Positions 1-10,204 of a stretch of DNA of 64,000 nt are shown here, in pieces (within the stretch, counting starts at the first letter, position 1; the number at the start of each line of letters is the position of its first letter). The position numbers and the translations under genes are program-made. The notes under the pieces were generated by a model, which saw only the letters and a list, made by a program, of their open reading frames with translations, was not told the DNA's origin and ran no database searches. This stretch comes from an uncultured Lachnospiraceae bacterium (GTDB lineage Bacteria > Bacillota > Clostridia > Christensenellales > UBA1242), in the NCBI GenBank assembly GCA_964393975.1, contig CAYMVO010000004.1, positions 4,101-68,100 of the forward strand, written 5' to 3'.

Positions 1-572
1 TTAGTGACATCTTCACCATCATCAAGTCGTTTTTGATATTCACGACTTTGTATACGACCTGTAATCACAATTTTTTCACCCACATTTATATTTTTTAGAT
101 ATCTAGCATTTCTACCCCACGCTATGCAGGGTAAATAATCGCTTTTATTGTACGCTCTATTGACCGCTAAAAGCAAGTCACATATCTCTCTATTAAATGG
201 CGTCACTCTAAAAATTGGTGGCTTGCATACGTAACCTATCAATTCTATAACGTTAGGGTTATTACTATCGCTAGGTTCTACCAATTCTCTAACAAATACG
301 GTCAACATCAATTTAGATTTATTTTCAAAAATTTTGTTATAACTTCTAAACTGACCTTTTATCGCAATAGTGTTACCAATGGCAAGGTCCTTCTCGGTCA
401 ATAGTCTTTCACTTATTGTTATAGGAATCACATCCCTATGGCTACTGAGTCTAGGAACGGATAGCATAAGCTCATAAAACCCCTCACCGTAGACCTCGTG
501 ACTAAATACAGGTTCGGAAATAACTTCTCCGCTAATATATACTTTGTTATTGCTTAAAAAATCGTAATTCAT
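1..572 (-). CDS. SSB-like OB-fold protein, 3' end runs off the window (partial)
   Basis: Not in ORF track (partial). ATG 572..570 with AGGAG 9 nt upstream. Hand translation MNYDFLSNNKVYISGEVISEPVFSHEVYGEGFYELMLSVPRL...CIAWGRNARYLKNINVGEKIVITGRIQSREYQKRLDDGEDVT stays open to base 1. Confidence 0.6.
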   Translation of the reverse strand, partial: MNYDFLSNNKVYISGEVISEPVFSHEVYGEGFYELMLSVPRLSSHRDVIPITISERLLTEKDLAIGNTIAIKGQFRSYNKIFENKSKLMLTVFVRELVEPSDSNNPNVIELIGYVCKPPIFRVTPFNREICDLLLAVNRAYNKSDYLPCIAWGRNARYLKNINVGEKIVITGRIQSREYQKRLDDGEDVT

Positions 573-594
573 AATATCTTCTCCTAAAATGTTT

Positions 595-1353
595 TTAATT
601 GTACCCAACACCAATTTTTACTTCTTTGACATCTTTAACTAATTCACTCACTTTTACAAAATTATAACCTTTATTTATAAGTGTAGTCAATATCAAACGA
701 GTATTTTCCACTACGTGGTCGGCGTTGTTGTGGCATAAAATTATTGAGCCACAACCTACATTATTATTTACTCTTTGTATGACTTGCGAAGGCGAATATC
801 CTTTCCAATCTAGAGTATCAACATCCCATTGTATACCTTTCATATTGAGTTTGTTCAACTCCTCAATTAGTTTGTTATCATAGGCTCCATAAGGCGGTCT
901 AAAAAGCAATGGTGACTCACCGGTTAATTCTTTTATCTTGTCATTAGTAGAAGTAAGTTCTTGATTGATTTGGGCATTAGTTAATTTGGTCATATCGGGA
1001 TGATTGTACGAATGAGAACCTATTTCAAATCCACGCTCGTGAATGCTTTTAGTCACCTCGGGGTACTTATCCATCCAAAATCCTACCAAAAAGAAAGTCG
1101 CTTTTACATTGTACTCATCTAAAACATCCATTATTTGCTCAGTTTTATCAGCACCCCACGCTGCATCAAAAGTAATTGCTACGTCCTTTTTATCAGTATC
1201 CACTTTGTATATAGGATATAGTTTAGGGCTGTTTCCAAAATAGACTTGCGCCAAAGCACCCGTACCGTCAAATCGTATAGCTAGCATTGATCCGACTAGT
1301 AACATTAACACTAAAACTAGCACATAACTCTTTTTACAAACAACAAATTTCAT
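595..1353 (-). CDS. polysaccharide deacetylase (NodB homology domain), membrane/signal anchored, PdaA/PdaB-like
   Basis: 252 aa; N-terminal hydrophobic segment; NodB motifs ITFDAAWG, FFLVG, SHSYNHPD; AAGGAG RBS. Confidence 0.85.
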   Translation of the reverse strand: MKFVVCKKSYVLVLVLMLLVGSMLAIRFDGTGALAQVYFGNSPKLYPIYKVDTDKKDVAITFDAAWGADKTEQIMDVLDEYNVKATFFLVGFWMDKYPEVTKSIHERGFEIGSHSYNHPDMTKLTNAQINQELTSTNDKIKELTGESPLLFRPPYGAYDNKLIEELNKLNMKGIQWDVDTLDWKGYSPSQVIQRVNNNVGCGSIILCHNNADHVVENTRLILTTLINKGYNFVKVSELVKDVKEVKIGVGYN

Positions 1354-1536
1354 TTTAGCGACTCCTTTAGTTTAATACGCAAGCGTGCATAATGATATCA
1401 CTATTTTTAGGTTTAAATATACATTATTGTCAACTACTGTCATATTAAAGATTTATTATATTTTAAATTATGTTTATATCTTTATAGTTATGACTATTTA
1501 TAACAAAAAATTCTTTTTTGCATTTTATTAAGTATA

Positions 1537-2055
1537 CTATTTAGATTTATTATAAAATTTTTCGGTTCTTTCCGCGAACGTAACATCCTCTTTTTCGGTT
1601 CTTTTATAGATTTCAAAAATCCATTTTTGTTCCAAAAACGCTTCAAAAAAATCTATCTGCTTCAACCCTCTCATTTCTATCGCTTTACTAAACTCATTTA
1701 TTGCCACTTGTGAATGCCTAAGTATTGTCCTTATGCTTATATTTAAAAGATGACTCAATTGCTCATTTGATATATTATTTATGTATTTTAATACCAAAAG
1801 TTTAGCGTAATATTTATCAATTTGAGCTAAAATATCATCTACCAATTTTTGCGTCCTCACTAAAACTTTTTTCTTTTCTATAAGACTAAGCAGTTTATCC
1901 GCTATCATTTTTGTGTTATTAAACAATGTATCATACGAACTAGCACAATAGCTAGAATTTATTATTTTATCAAAAGCTCTATCAATTGAGCCTATTGCTT
2001 TATCCAACATACCGTAACTTTTGAGTAAAGTTTTACTCCACAAATCAAACTTCAT
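1537..2055 (-). CDS. hypothetical protein with sigma-70 region-4-like HTH
   Basis: Start moved to MKFDLW (ATG 2055, GGAGG upstream). ISNEQLSHLLNISIRTILRHSQVAINEF resembles a region-4 HTH; family not recognised. Confidence 0.45.
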   Translation of the reverse strand: MKFDLWSKTLLKSYGMLDKAIGSIDRAFDKIINSSYCASSYDTLFNNTKMIADKLLSLIEKKKVLVRTQKLVDDILAQIDKYYAKLLVLKYINNISNEQLSHLLNISIRTILRHSQVAINEFSKAIEMRGLKQIDFFEAFLEQKWIFEIYKRTEKEDVTFAERTEKFYNKSK

Positions 2056-2271
2056 TAATCCTCCAAAGATTTTCAAAACCAACAAAACATAACTAAAAAA
2101 CATTATGCCATCATAAAATTTATGGTATTATTTTTGAACCTAGTTTACAATATAAAAAAACTAAGTGTCAAGAAAGATGGTCAAACTTTAAAAAGTAAAA
2201 ATTCATCTTTGCTTGATTTTTTTCATTTTTTAATGTAGAATATATATATTTGAGGAAATACGGAGTTTTTT

Positions 2272-4635
2272 ATGAAGAAATTAGCGATTATTTTTTTGCT
2301 TTTTGCGAGCATTTTGATATGTCCAATTAAGGTTGATAGCATATATGCGGATACTGTTTGCGATGTCTTTTACAATATCCAATCACCAAAATTTTTATGC
2401 GGAAATGAAAATGAGTACTTTGTCTATCAAGATAATGGCGATTTGGTGCGTTATTCTAATGAACAATTCACCTCGTCGCATATAGAAAATATTTTAGATA
2501 TGTGCTACTTTAACAACAAACTTTATTATCTAAGTAGCAATACTGTTTACGACCTATCAGGCGTGGTAAAATCGTTTGATATAACTGTTTTAGGTTTTAC
2601 AGTGTCTAACGAAACAATTTTTGCTTTTAGCAAGACTGAAGTCTCAAATGGTGAATTAAAAAGAACTTTTACAAACATAAAGGATATTTGTGTATATGAA
2701 AACTACCTTTATGTAATAGACGGCAATACACTCAAAAAAGTAAGCTTGGACTTAACTAGCAGTAGTGATTTAAAGACTATTAGTCACAAAACCGACTCAT
2801 CTTTTAAATTGATGATAAAGGATAACAACTTTTATATATTAGAAGATGACACAATAAAAGTAATCAATACTGAAAGCACAAATCAAACCGTCTTATTGTC
2901 ACCTAGTCTTGTATTTGACCGTTCATTTATTAGCGGTGAAGTGTTTTTGATAGCTGATGCAACGCTAAATGATGACTATATGCTCGTTGCCGACAAAAAG
3001 ACGGGTTCAATACAAAAATTTAAAATAAGTGGAAACGAATTAGTTTTTGATAAATTACTTGTAGCGAGTCAAGGCGCCGACAATAATAGACTTTACTATC
3101 CTCAGTCATTTTGTATGAGTAGCAAGGGCGTAATTGTCGCCGATACGGGTAACAATAGAATAATGCTAAAATCTAACAATACAAAGTTGATTGACGCCAC
3201 CGCCCCTACCATAGTAACTTCAGACAACAACAACTCGGTCTTTGCGCTCACTAGTAATGAGATTGTAAACATAGACCTAAATAATAATAAAACAACTACT
3301 ATCACAAAACCCGAAAATGTGATGGACCTTAAAAGTAATCAAGTAAACGACTTATATGCTTTGACTGAAACTGGTTTGTTGCAATATGTGGAGGACAACT
3401 GGACATTAATCTTTGAAACGACAAATGCGTTATCACTGCAATGTGATGCTAGCGGGCAATATATTTATTTACAATACGCTAATGGGATAAAGAGTCTCAA
3501 CTTGAGTACAAAACAATTAGAAGATTGTTATACTAGTGACAAGATTATAGATTTTGCACTTGATTACAAAAATAACATATATACGCTAGAAGATATGTGT
3601 ATAAACAAAATAAACGAACAAGCCATTACAAAATCTATCACACTAGACAAAAACTATTCAAAAATGTTAATATGTTTAAATAACGGCGATATTGATTTAC
3701 TAGACACTGAGATTTGCACAATAAAACACATACAAAACAATGACTTTGCGGATAATTTATCAAATTTCAAAAATGATTTAAGCTATTTTAGTGACACGCG
3801 CCTCACCACTCCATGCGAGGTCGCCGTATTAAAATCTACTAATCAAGTTTATAAATATCCATTTAATATTTCGCCACTATTTAGTCTTAACAAAAATGAT
3901 AAAGTCATCGTGTTAAACAAAGAATGTGCGGAAAACTCTAAATTTGCTTATTGTATTATAAATTCTTTTGGAGGAAAAAACACATTAGGGTACATAGAGA
4001 CGACCGCACTAGATTTCACTCTTGAAGATATCATACCTTCTTTTGCAAAAGTGAAAGTTATCACCGCTTTGGCATACATATACAAATATCCCACCTCGTT
4101 AGAAACAGACGGTGTAAGCAATACATATCAAACGCTAGGATTTAACGATGTTGTAGATATATTGAGTTATAGCTACAATATAAAAGATAGTAATGGTACT
4201 AGTTTTTATTGTGTGAGACTAAATGACAACACTATAGGCTACATAAACACTCGTACCGCTATGAATAGCGAATTAGATGTCTATCAAAAATCTTTTCAAC
4301 CAAATGGTAAAGTAGAAAAATCTTTAGAAGAAGATAAAATTTATTGTTTTGATTATATTGACGGCGAATACATCAAGACCGAAAAACAACTCGCAAACGG
4401 ACAAAATATTTTTCTAAATGGCGAACCTAACACAGATAGTCAATATACAAAAGTAGTTTACTTAAACGATAAAAACGAACAAATAAGCACATATATAGAG
4501 ACAAAATATATATACTTAAATGATCTCACAAAGCACAAATTTATAGGTCTAATGCTACTCTTAGTTGCGTTAATAATGGGTGGAATAATAACCGCATTGA
4601 TACTAACATTAAAAAAGAAAAAGTCATTATCTTAA
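2272..4635 (+). CDS. membrane-anchored surface protein with NHL-like beta-propeller repeats and SH3b-like domains
   Basis: 787 aa; signal peptide MKKLAIIFLLFASILICP; NHL-like VIVADTGNNRIML; C-terminal TM FIGLMLLLVALIMGGIITALILTL followed by KKKK. Confidence 0.6.
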   Translation: MKKLAIIFLLFASILICPIKVDSIYADTVCDVFYNIQSPKFLCGNENEYFVYQDNGDLVRYSNEQFTSSHIENILDMCYFNNKLYYLSSNTVYDLSGVVKSFDITVLGFTVSNETIFAFSKTEVSNGELKRTFTNIKDICVYENYLYVIDGNTLKKVSLDLTSSSDLKTISHKTDSSFKLMIKDNNFYILEDDTIKVINTESTNQTVLLSPSLVFDRSFISGEVFLIADATLNDDYMLVADKKTGSIQKFKISGNELVFDKLLVASQGADNNRLYYPQSFCMSSKGVIVADTGNNRIMLKSNNTKLIDATAPTIVTSDNNNSVFALTSNEIVNIDLNNNKTTTITKPENVMDLKSNQVNDLYALTETGLLQYVEDNWTLIFETTNALSLQCDASGQYIYLQYANGIKSLNLSTKQLEDCYTSDKIIDFALDYKNNIYTLEDMCINKINEQAITKSITLDKNYSKMLICLNNGDIDLLDTEICTIKHIQNNDFADNLSNFKNDLSYFSDTRLTTPCEVAVLKSTNQVYKYPFNISPLFSLNKNDKVIVLNKECAENSKFAYCIINSFGGKNTLGYIETTALDFTLEDIIPSFAKVKVITALAYIYKYPTSLETDGVSNTYQTLGFNDVVDILSYSYNIKDSNGTSFYCVRLNDNTIGYINTRTAMNSELDVYQKSFQPNGKVEKSLEEDKIYCFDYIDGEYIKTEKQLANGQNIFLNGEPNTDSQYTKVVYLNDKNEQISTYIETKYIYLNDLTKHKFIGLMLLLVALIMGGIITALILTLKKKKSLS

Positions 4636-4642
4636 TCAAAAA

Positions 4643-4688
4643 ACCCCAAGTTTTTGGTTTAAAAAACCATCACTTGGAGTTTTTTATT
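4643..4688 (+). terminator. intrinsic terminator after the 787-aa gene
   Basis: CCCCAAGT...ACTTGGAG stem (1 mismatch) with inner TGGTTT/AAACCA pairing, followed by TTTTTTATTT. Confidence 0.5.
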
Positions 4689-5097
4689 TGTAATTTATTT
4701 TATTTGTGGTCGTTTATCCTTAACTAATAACAACTCTTTGTTATCTGAGTTTTGCAAACTAATAACCTTTCTAGTTTTACCAGTGAACCCGACCATTTCT
4801 ACATGGGTACAATTTGTACCTATGTAGGTATTCAATTCATTGTCACGACTCCTTAAACGCTTAAGATATTGAGTTGGCTCCGAACTATCTGTCAATACTT
4901 CAATAACATCAACTAGACAAAATAGCCAGTCCTCTTCCTATTCATTCCAAAGCGTTCGTACCTTTTTATTTTCAAAAATTTTAATATTAGACAGTAAACT
5001 AAATCAGTTTATGCGTTATTTTACAAATCAAACAAACAATTACATATATAACGAAGTTTTAAAAAATCTTATATAATGACATTAAATTTAGCGTAAC

Positions 5098-7254
5098 TTA
5101 TTCGGTCGTTTTATCAAACTTCATAGTAAGAGATATTCTCTTTTTCGCCACGTCAACAGCTATCACTTTTACCTCTACCACATCACCAACTTTTAATACG
5201 TCGCTAGGATGTTTGATGTAGTTTTTTGAGATTTGTGAGATATGCACAAGTCCGTCTTGGTGGACACCTATATCCACAAATGCACCAAAATCAATAACAT
5301 TTCTAACCGTACCCGTCAAAATCATACCTTCTTTTAAATCCTCAAGACTAAGTAAATCGCTTCTCAAAATAGGTTTAGGTAAGTTGTCACGAATATCACG
5401 ACCTGGCTTTAAAAGTTCCTCCACCATATCTTTTAGGGTAGGTTCACCGACACCAATGACTTCAGCGACCTTATCCCACCCTTCACGCTCAATCTTTATA
5501 GGTAGAGTGATAAGGTTATCATTTTTTATATCGTCCATACTCATTCCAAAATGACTAAGTAGTTTATTCACAGAGATATAGCTCTCAGGATGCACTGCAG
5601 TATTATCTAAGATATTAGCACCATTAGGTATTCGTAGGAAACCAGCGCATTGTTCGTATGCTTTGGCACCGAGTTTTGGTACGTTTAAAAGTTCTTCACG
5701 GGCGGTAAATTCGCCGTTTTTACTCCTATAATCAACAATACTCTTGGCGATGCCTTTATTGAGACCACTAACATAAGAAAGCAAACTATATGATGACGTG
5801 TTTAAATCTACGCCAACACTATTCACACAATCTTCCACTACCCAACCCAACACTTCACCAAGTCTATTTTGAGGCATATCGTGTTGATATTGACCGACAC
5901 CAATACTCTTTACATCTATCTTGATTAGCTCTGCAAGCGGATCTTGTATCCTTCTAGCGATACTAACCGCGCTACGTTGCGCCACATCAAAATCAGGAAA
6001 CTCCTCCGCTCCAAGTTTTGATGCGGAATACACACTCGCGCCCGCTTCATTTACGACTGCATACTCCACCTTATGAGACTGATTTTTCACCAAATCAGCT
6101 ACAAAAATCTCCGACTCTTTTGAAGCGGTTCCGTTACCTATTGATATAACGTCAACATTGTATTTATCTATCAAAGTAGTCAATTTTTCCATAGACTCAG
6201 CGGTCTTATTTTGCGGTGGTGTAGGATAAACGACACAAGTATCTAGTACCTTACCGGTCTTATCCACGACGGCGATTTTGCACCCCGTTCTATATGCAGG
6301 ATCCAATCCTAAAACAGTCTTATTTTTTAGCGGTGGTTGCAAAAGTAAAGGTTTTAGATTGCTCTCAAACATCTTTATGGCTTGCTCGTTAGCGTTAGTA
6401 GTAAGCGTAGCACGTGTCTCACGCTCAAGGCTCGGCATCAAAAGCCTTTCGTAACCATCTTCCACTGCCTCAGATATTAGGTTTTTACAAATCTCAGTTG
6501 GCTTTTTGATAAGCATAGCATCCAAAATGGTTTGTTTGAATAATTCATCATTGTTTTTAATGCTAACCTTTAGACAACCTTCTTTTTCACCACGATTAAT
6601 AGCAAGTATTCTATGGCTAGGAAGAGTGTTGATATTTTGCGTAAAACTAGCATAAGTCTCATAAGTCTTATAATCTCCCTCTTCTACAAGTTCACAAGTA
6701 ATAGTAGATTTTTTATCTATCAACTCTTTTAAAACTTTTCTAATCTCAGGGTTATCAGACACCATTTCGGCAATGATATCTTTTGCGCCCGCTATTGCGT
6801 CTTGACTGGTCAAAACCTCATCGTTTAAATACCCACTTGCAAGGCTTTCAATATCCTCAGCTTTTTGCGACATAATCATATCCGCAAGACCTTGTAAACC
6901 TTTTCTAATTGCTTCGCTAGCTCTAGTCTTTCTCTTAGGTTTGTATGGTCTATAAATATCTTCTAGTTCGGCTTGAGTCAAAGCGCTATCAATAGACTTT
7001 TGTAGTTCCTCCGTCATCTTTCCTTGCTCCGTAATAGAACCAATGACTTCCTCTTTTCGCTTCTCTAAATTTCTTAGATACTGCAATCTATCCGCAAAGC
7101 TTCTAAGCACTTGGTCATCACAACTACCGGTCATTTCTTTTCTATAACGAGCAATAAAAGGTACCGTATTGCCCTCATCTAATAAATCAATTATATTTTT
7201 TGAATGATTATTTTTAAGTGAAAATTCATCCGCTAACACTTGTACAAAATCCAT
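5098..7254 (-). CDS. tex: Tex transcription accessory protein (S1 RNA-binding domain protein)
   Basis: 718 aa; FIARYRKEMTG near N-terminus, YqgF-like core, C-terminal S1 domain GTVRNVIDFGAFVDIGVHQDGLVHIS. Confidence 0.9.
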   Translation of the reverse strand: MDFVQVLADEFSLKNNHSKNIIDLLDEGNTVPFIARYRKEMTGSCDDQVLRSFADRLQYLRNLEKRKEEVIGSITEQGKMTEELQKSIDSALTQAELEDIYRPYKPKRKTRASEAIRKGLQGLADMIMSQKAEDIESLASGYLNDEVLTSQDAIAGAKDIIAEMVSDNPEIRKVLKELIDKKSTITCELVEEGDYKTYETYASFTQNINTLPSHRILAINRGEKEGCLKVSIKNNDELFKQTILDAMLIKKPTEICKNLISEAVEDGYERLLMPSLERETRATLTTNANEQAIKMFESNLKPLLLQPPLKNKTVLGLDPAYRTGCKIAVVDKTGKVLDTCVVYPTPPQNKTAESMEKLTTLIDKYNVDVISIGNGTASKESEIFVADLVKNQSHKVEYAVVNEAGASVYSASKLGAEEFPDFDVAQRSAVSIARRIQDPLAELIKIDVKSIGVGQYQHDMPQNRLGEVLGWVVEDCVNSVGVDLNTSSYSLLSYVSGLNKGIAKSIVDYRSKNGEFTAREELLNVPKLGAKAYEQCAGFLRIPNGANILDNTAVHPESYISVNKLLSHFGMSMDDIKNDNLITLPIKIEREGWDKVAEVIGVGEPTLKDMVEELLKPGRDIRDNLPKPILRSDLLSLEDLKEGMILTGTVRNVIDFGAFVDIGVHQDGLVHISQISKNYIKHPSDVLKVGDVVEVKVIAVDVAKKRISLTMKFDKTTE

Positions 7255-7363
7255 AAGTAAAATCCTTTATTTTAAAATATTAATAGATTAATTATACCAA
7301 AATAAAGTGTAATTGACAATCAAATTATAAAGATTTTTATATTTATTTAAGGAAAAATCACCT

Positions 7364-8224
7364 TTAAATATATGCACGAGCGAGGATCACCGAAATACTA
7401 GAATATTTTATATTGATAGAAAAATTTTCTTCTAACGCCATAGGATCAGCAAGTTTGTCGAGTTCGTCTTGCATAACACTGAGTTTAAATGTTAATGAAG
7501 CTATCCGCACATCTCTACTATTACTAAACACACTGGAATATGGTATATATACTGATTCAAATTCTTTTTGGAGTTCTACCATACTAAGTTTTGCCATAGC
7601 AAAAGTTGTGTCCCCTAAATCATAGCTAACACTTACGGAATAAAGTTTTGTAAAAACGCTATGAAATAAATTTAACGCATCTTGCAAACACTTTTTATCG
7701 GCGTCGTCTAAGTTGTACTCCATTACGATTTTAGGTGATTTTAAAACGATGACTTCAGCGTTAGGTAGCGAGGATGAGATTTTTCCCAAAACACTCTTTG
7801 CGTCTTTCTCATTCTCATAAGCCGACACCAAGACCTTATATGTGAGGTCCTTTTTGTAGACATATCCAGCACCGCCGAGTTCCCTAACACGTTGAGAATA
7901 CATAGTTGCTTCTTCTATAGTATCATACTCACCTGATTGTACTGCGTAATAATTTATATTAGGGACGGAAATAACACCTTGAGACGTTGCATTAAAAACA
8001 GTTTTCACCACAAAATCTCCCGAAAAATACACGGCAACCGACACAAGCGCTAGTAAAATTGCTAATGCAAGTATGTTTCTACTTTTCTTCAACTTGACAC
8101 TTGATTTACGAAATTTATACGCAACGCCATACTCGTTAGCTTGCCCTGTAAAGATTTGCTCTTGTTCCCACTTATCTTGTGTCCATTCAGCTTGAAAATT
8201 ACTATTTTTTTTGTTTATACTCAT
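7364..8224 (-). CDS. SPOR domain membrane protein
   Basis: 286 aa; single TM ILALAILLALVSVAVYF; SPOR-like YYAVQSGEYDTIEEATMYSQRVRELGGAGYVYKKDLTYKVLVSAYENEKDAKSV. Confidence 0.65.
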   Translation of the reverse strand: MSINKKNSNFQAEWTQDKWEQEQIFTGQANEYGVAYKFRKSSVKLKKSRNILALAILLALVSVAVYFSGDFVVKTVFNATSQGVISVPNINYYAVQSGEYDTIEEATMYSQRVRELGGAGYVYKKDLTYKVLVSAYENEKDAKSVLGKISSSLPNAEVIVLKSPKIVMEYNLDDADKKCLQDALNLFHSVFTKLYSVSVSYDLGDTTFAMAKLSMVELQKEFESVYIPYSSVFSNSRDVRIASLTFKLSVMQDELDKLADPMALEENFSINIKYSSISVILARAYI

Positions 8225-8319
8225 AGTACAATATATGTCTATGCTATTTTAAAAATAACTTTTGAATAATTTTAAAATAAGGGGCAAATATTGATAAATA
8301 ATTATAAGGAGAATATGAA

Positions 8320-8610
8320 ATGAAATTAGTACCTTTGTTTGATAAAATCGTTTTAAAACATATCAAACCAAAAGAAAACGTCGACCTCATTTTACCTGAG
8401 AGTATTAGCGAAAGTCCTAGTCTTGGCGAGGTGGTTTGTGTCGGGATAGGTGGCAAAGTTGATGGGAATGAAATTGAAATAGTCTTAAAAGAAAAAGACA
8501 AAGTTCTTTTCCATAAGTATGTAGCTAGCGAATTCACCTATCAAGGTGAAACGCTCTACATTATAAAGCAAGGTGACATACTTTGCATTTTGGAGGATAA
8601 AGATGAGTAA
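8320..8610 (+). CDS. groES: co-chaperonin GroES
   Basis: 96 aa; KLVPLFDKIVLK start; typical Cpn10 length; immediately precedes groEL. Confidence 0.9.
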   Translation: MKLVPLFDKIVLKHIKPKENVDLILPESISESPSLGEVVCVGIGGKVDGNEIEIVLKEKDKVLFHKYVASEFTYQGETLYIIKQGDILCILEDKDE

Positions 8611-10156
8611 AGTTATTATCGGTATTGACAGTCTAAAAGAATTGGAAAAAGGCATTGATACGCTAGCGGAAGCGGTTAAATGCACACTTGGACCAAAAGG
8701 CAAAAATGTTGTTATAAAGACTCTAGGCACCCCTCTCATCACAAATGATGGTGTAACTATCGCAAAATCTATCACGCTAGATAGTGACTTGCAAAATATA
8801 GGTGCAATGCTTATAAAAGAAGCAAGTATAAAAACAAATGAACTCGCTGGAGACGGTACAACCACCGCTTGCGTCTTAGCACAAAGTATAATAAAAGAGG
8901 GTATAAAAAATATAATTGCAGGGGCAAACCCTATTGAATTAAATTTGGGTATAAACACCGCTCTTAATCTTGCACTGAAAGAATTACAAAACATATCAAG
9001 ACCACTAAACGCAGATAAGGACATTGAGCAAATTGCAAATATTAGTTGCGCCGATACTAATATTGGTAAACTAATTAGCGAGGCATACAAGACAATCGGT
9101 CGTGATGGAGTCATCACACTCACCGAAGGTCAACAACTCAAAACCACTTTAGATATAGTAAATGGTATCAAGATAGATAGAGGTTTTACGAGTACATATT
9201 TTTGCACAGATATGACAAAGGAGGTCGCTGAATACTCAAACCCACTCATACTGCTTGTAGATGATAAACTAGATAATTTTAATGCACTAGTCTCCGTAAT
9301 ACAATACTCTATCTCAGTAAATCAACCACTTGTAATACTCGCAAATGATTATAGCGAGGATGTTTTAAGTGCGATTTTAATTAATAAATTAAAGTCAAAT
9401 TTGAAATGTTTACCGCTAAAATCTCCCGCTTATGGCACACAGAGAAAAGATATTTTATCAGATCTAGCGTTAATATTTGAAACAAAAGTATTTACCAATG
9501 ACCTAATGTCAAATTTAGATTTTAATCAATTAGGAAATTTAGAAAAAGTTATAACCACAAAATACGAAACTACTTTTATAAAGACAAAAACAAATGATTT
9601 AGTAGAGGATAGATTATATAGTTTACAAAAACAGTTTGCCGAAACAAGCGACCAAAATATCAAAAATCTTTTGCAAGATAGAATATCAAAATTAAAAGGT
9701 AAAGTCGCCGTTATAAAGGTCGGCGGAGCGAGTGATATTGAGGTGAACGAACGCAAACTAAGAGTGGAGGACGCTATATTTGCGTGTAAATCAGCGGTAA
9801 CTGAAGGCATCGTTATAGGTGGCGGAAGCGTGCTACTCAAAATCAAAAAAATAGTAGAAAGTAAATTGAATGATTTATGTGGTGATAAAAAGTTAGGTGC
9901 CCACATTTTATTAAAAACTCTTGAAGCGCCTCTAAGACAAATAGCAAAAAATGCTGGACTAGATGATGGTGTCATAGTGCAAAAGGTTGCGGACTCTAAT
10001 GATACAAATTATGGTTATGACGCACAAAATAATGTGTTTGGCGATCTAAAAAAGCTAGGTATAATAGATCCTACAAAAGTCATAAGGTGCGGACTGCAAA
10101 ATGCAGTTTCGGTAGCGACCACCATTCTCACGACTAACGCAATTATATGTGATTAA
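8603..10156 (+). CDS. groEL: chaperonin GroEL (divergent, no GGM tail)
   Basis: Start set at ATG 8603 (GGAGG 8592-8596), overlapping the groES stop by 8 nt. GPKGKNVVI, AGDGTTTA, VTEGIVIGGG motifs; 517 aa ending ...TTNAIICD. Confidence 0.9.
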   Translation: MSKVIIGIDSLKELEKGIDTLAEAVKCTLGPKGKNVVIKTLGTPLITNDGVTIAKSITLDSDLQNIGAMLIKEASIKTNELAGDGTTTACVLAQSIIKEGIKNIIAGANPIELNLGINTALNLALKELQNISRPLNADKDIEQIANISCADTNIGKLISEAYKTIGRDGVITLTEGQQLKTTLDIVNGIKIDRGFTSTYFCTDMTKEVAEYSNPLILLVDDKLDNFNALVSVIQYSISVNQPLVILANDYSEDVLSAILINKLKSNLKCLPLKSPAYGTQRKDILSDLALIFETKVFTNDLMSNLDFNQLGNLEKVITTKYETTFIKTKTNDLVEDRLYSLQKQFAETSDQNIKNLLQDRISKLKGKVAVIKVGGASDIEVNERKLRVEDAIFACKSAVTEGIVIGGGSVLLKIKKIVESKLNDLCGDKKLGAHILLKTLEAPLRQIAKNAGLDDGVIVQKVADSNDTNYGYDAQNNVFGDLKKLGIIDPTKVIRCGLQNAVSVATTILTTNAIICD

Positions 10157-10204
10157 CAAAAAATCTTGCTTTAAAACCACAAAGCAAGATTTTTTATATA
10201 CAAA

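Noticed and set aside
4695-4895. 66-aa minus-strand ORF in the 460-bp gap after the NHL/SH3 gene
   Set aside because: It has a TTG start without an RBS. The open frame extends upstream without an ATG (..LFCLVDVIEVLTDSSEPTQYLKRL..). It may be a gene relic, but I recognise no family, so it is not called.
8485-9123. 212-aa minus-strand ORF, together with 9526..9975 (149 aa)
   Set aside because: Both lie entirely antisense to the well-supported groEL gene. The translations are low-complexity, Ser/Phe/Ile-rich strings typical of the antisense frame of AT-rich genes. No RBS.
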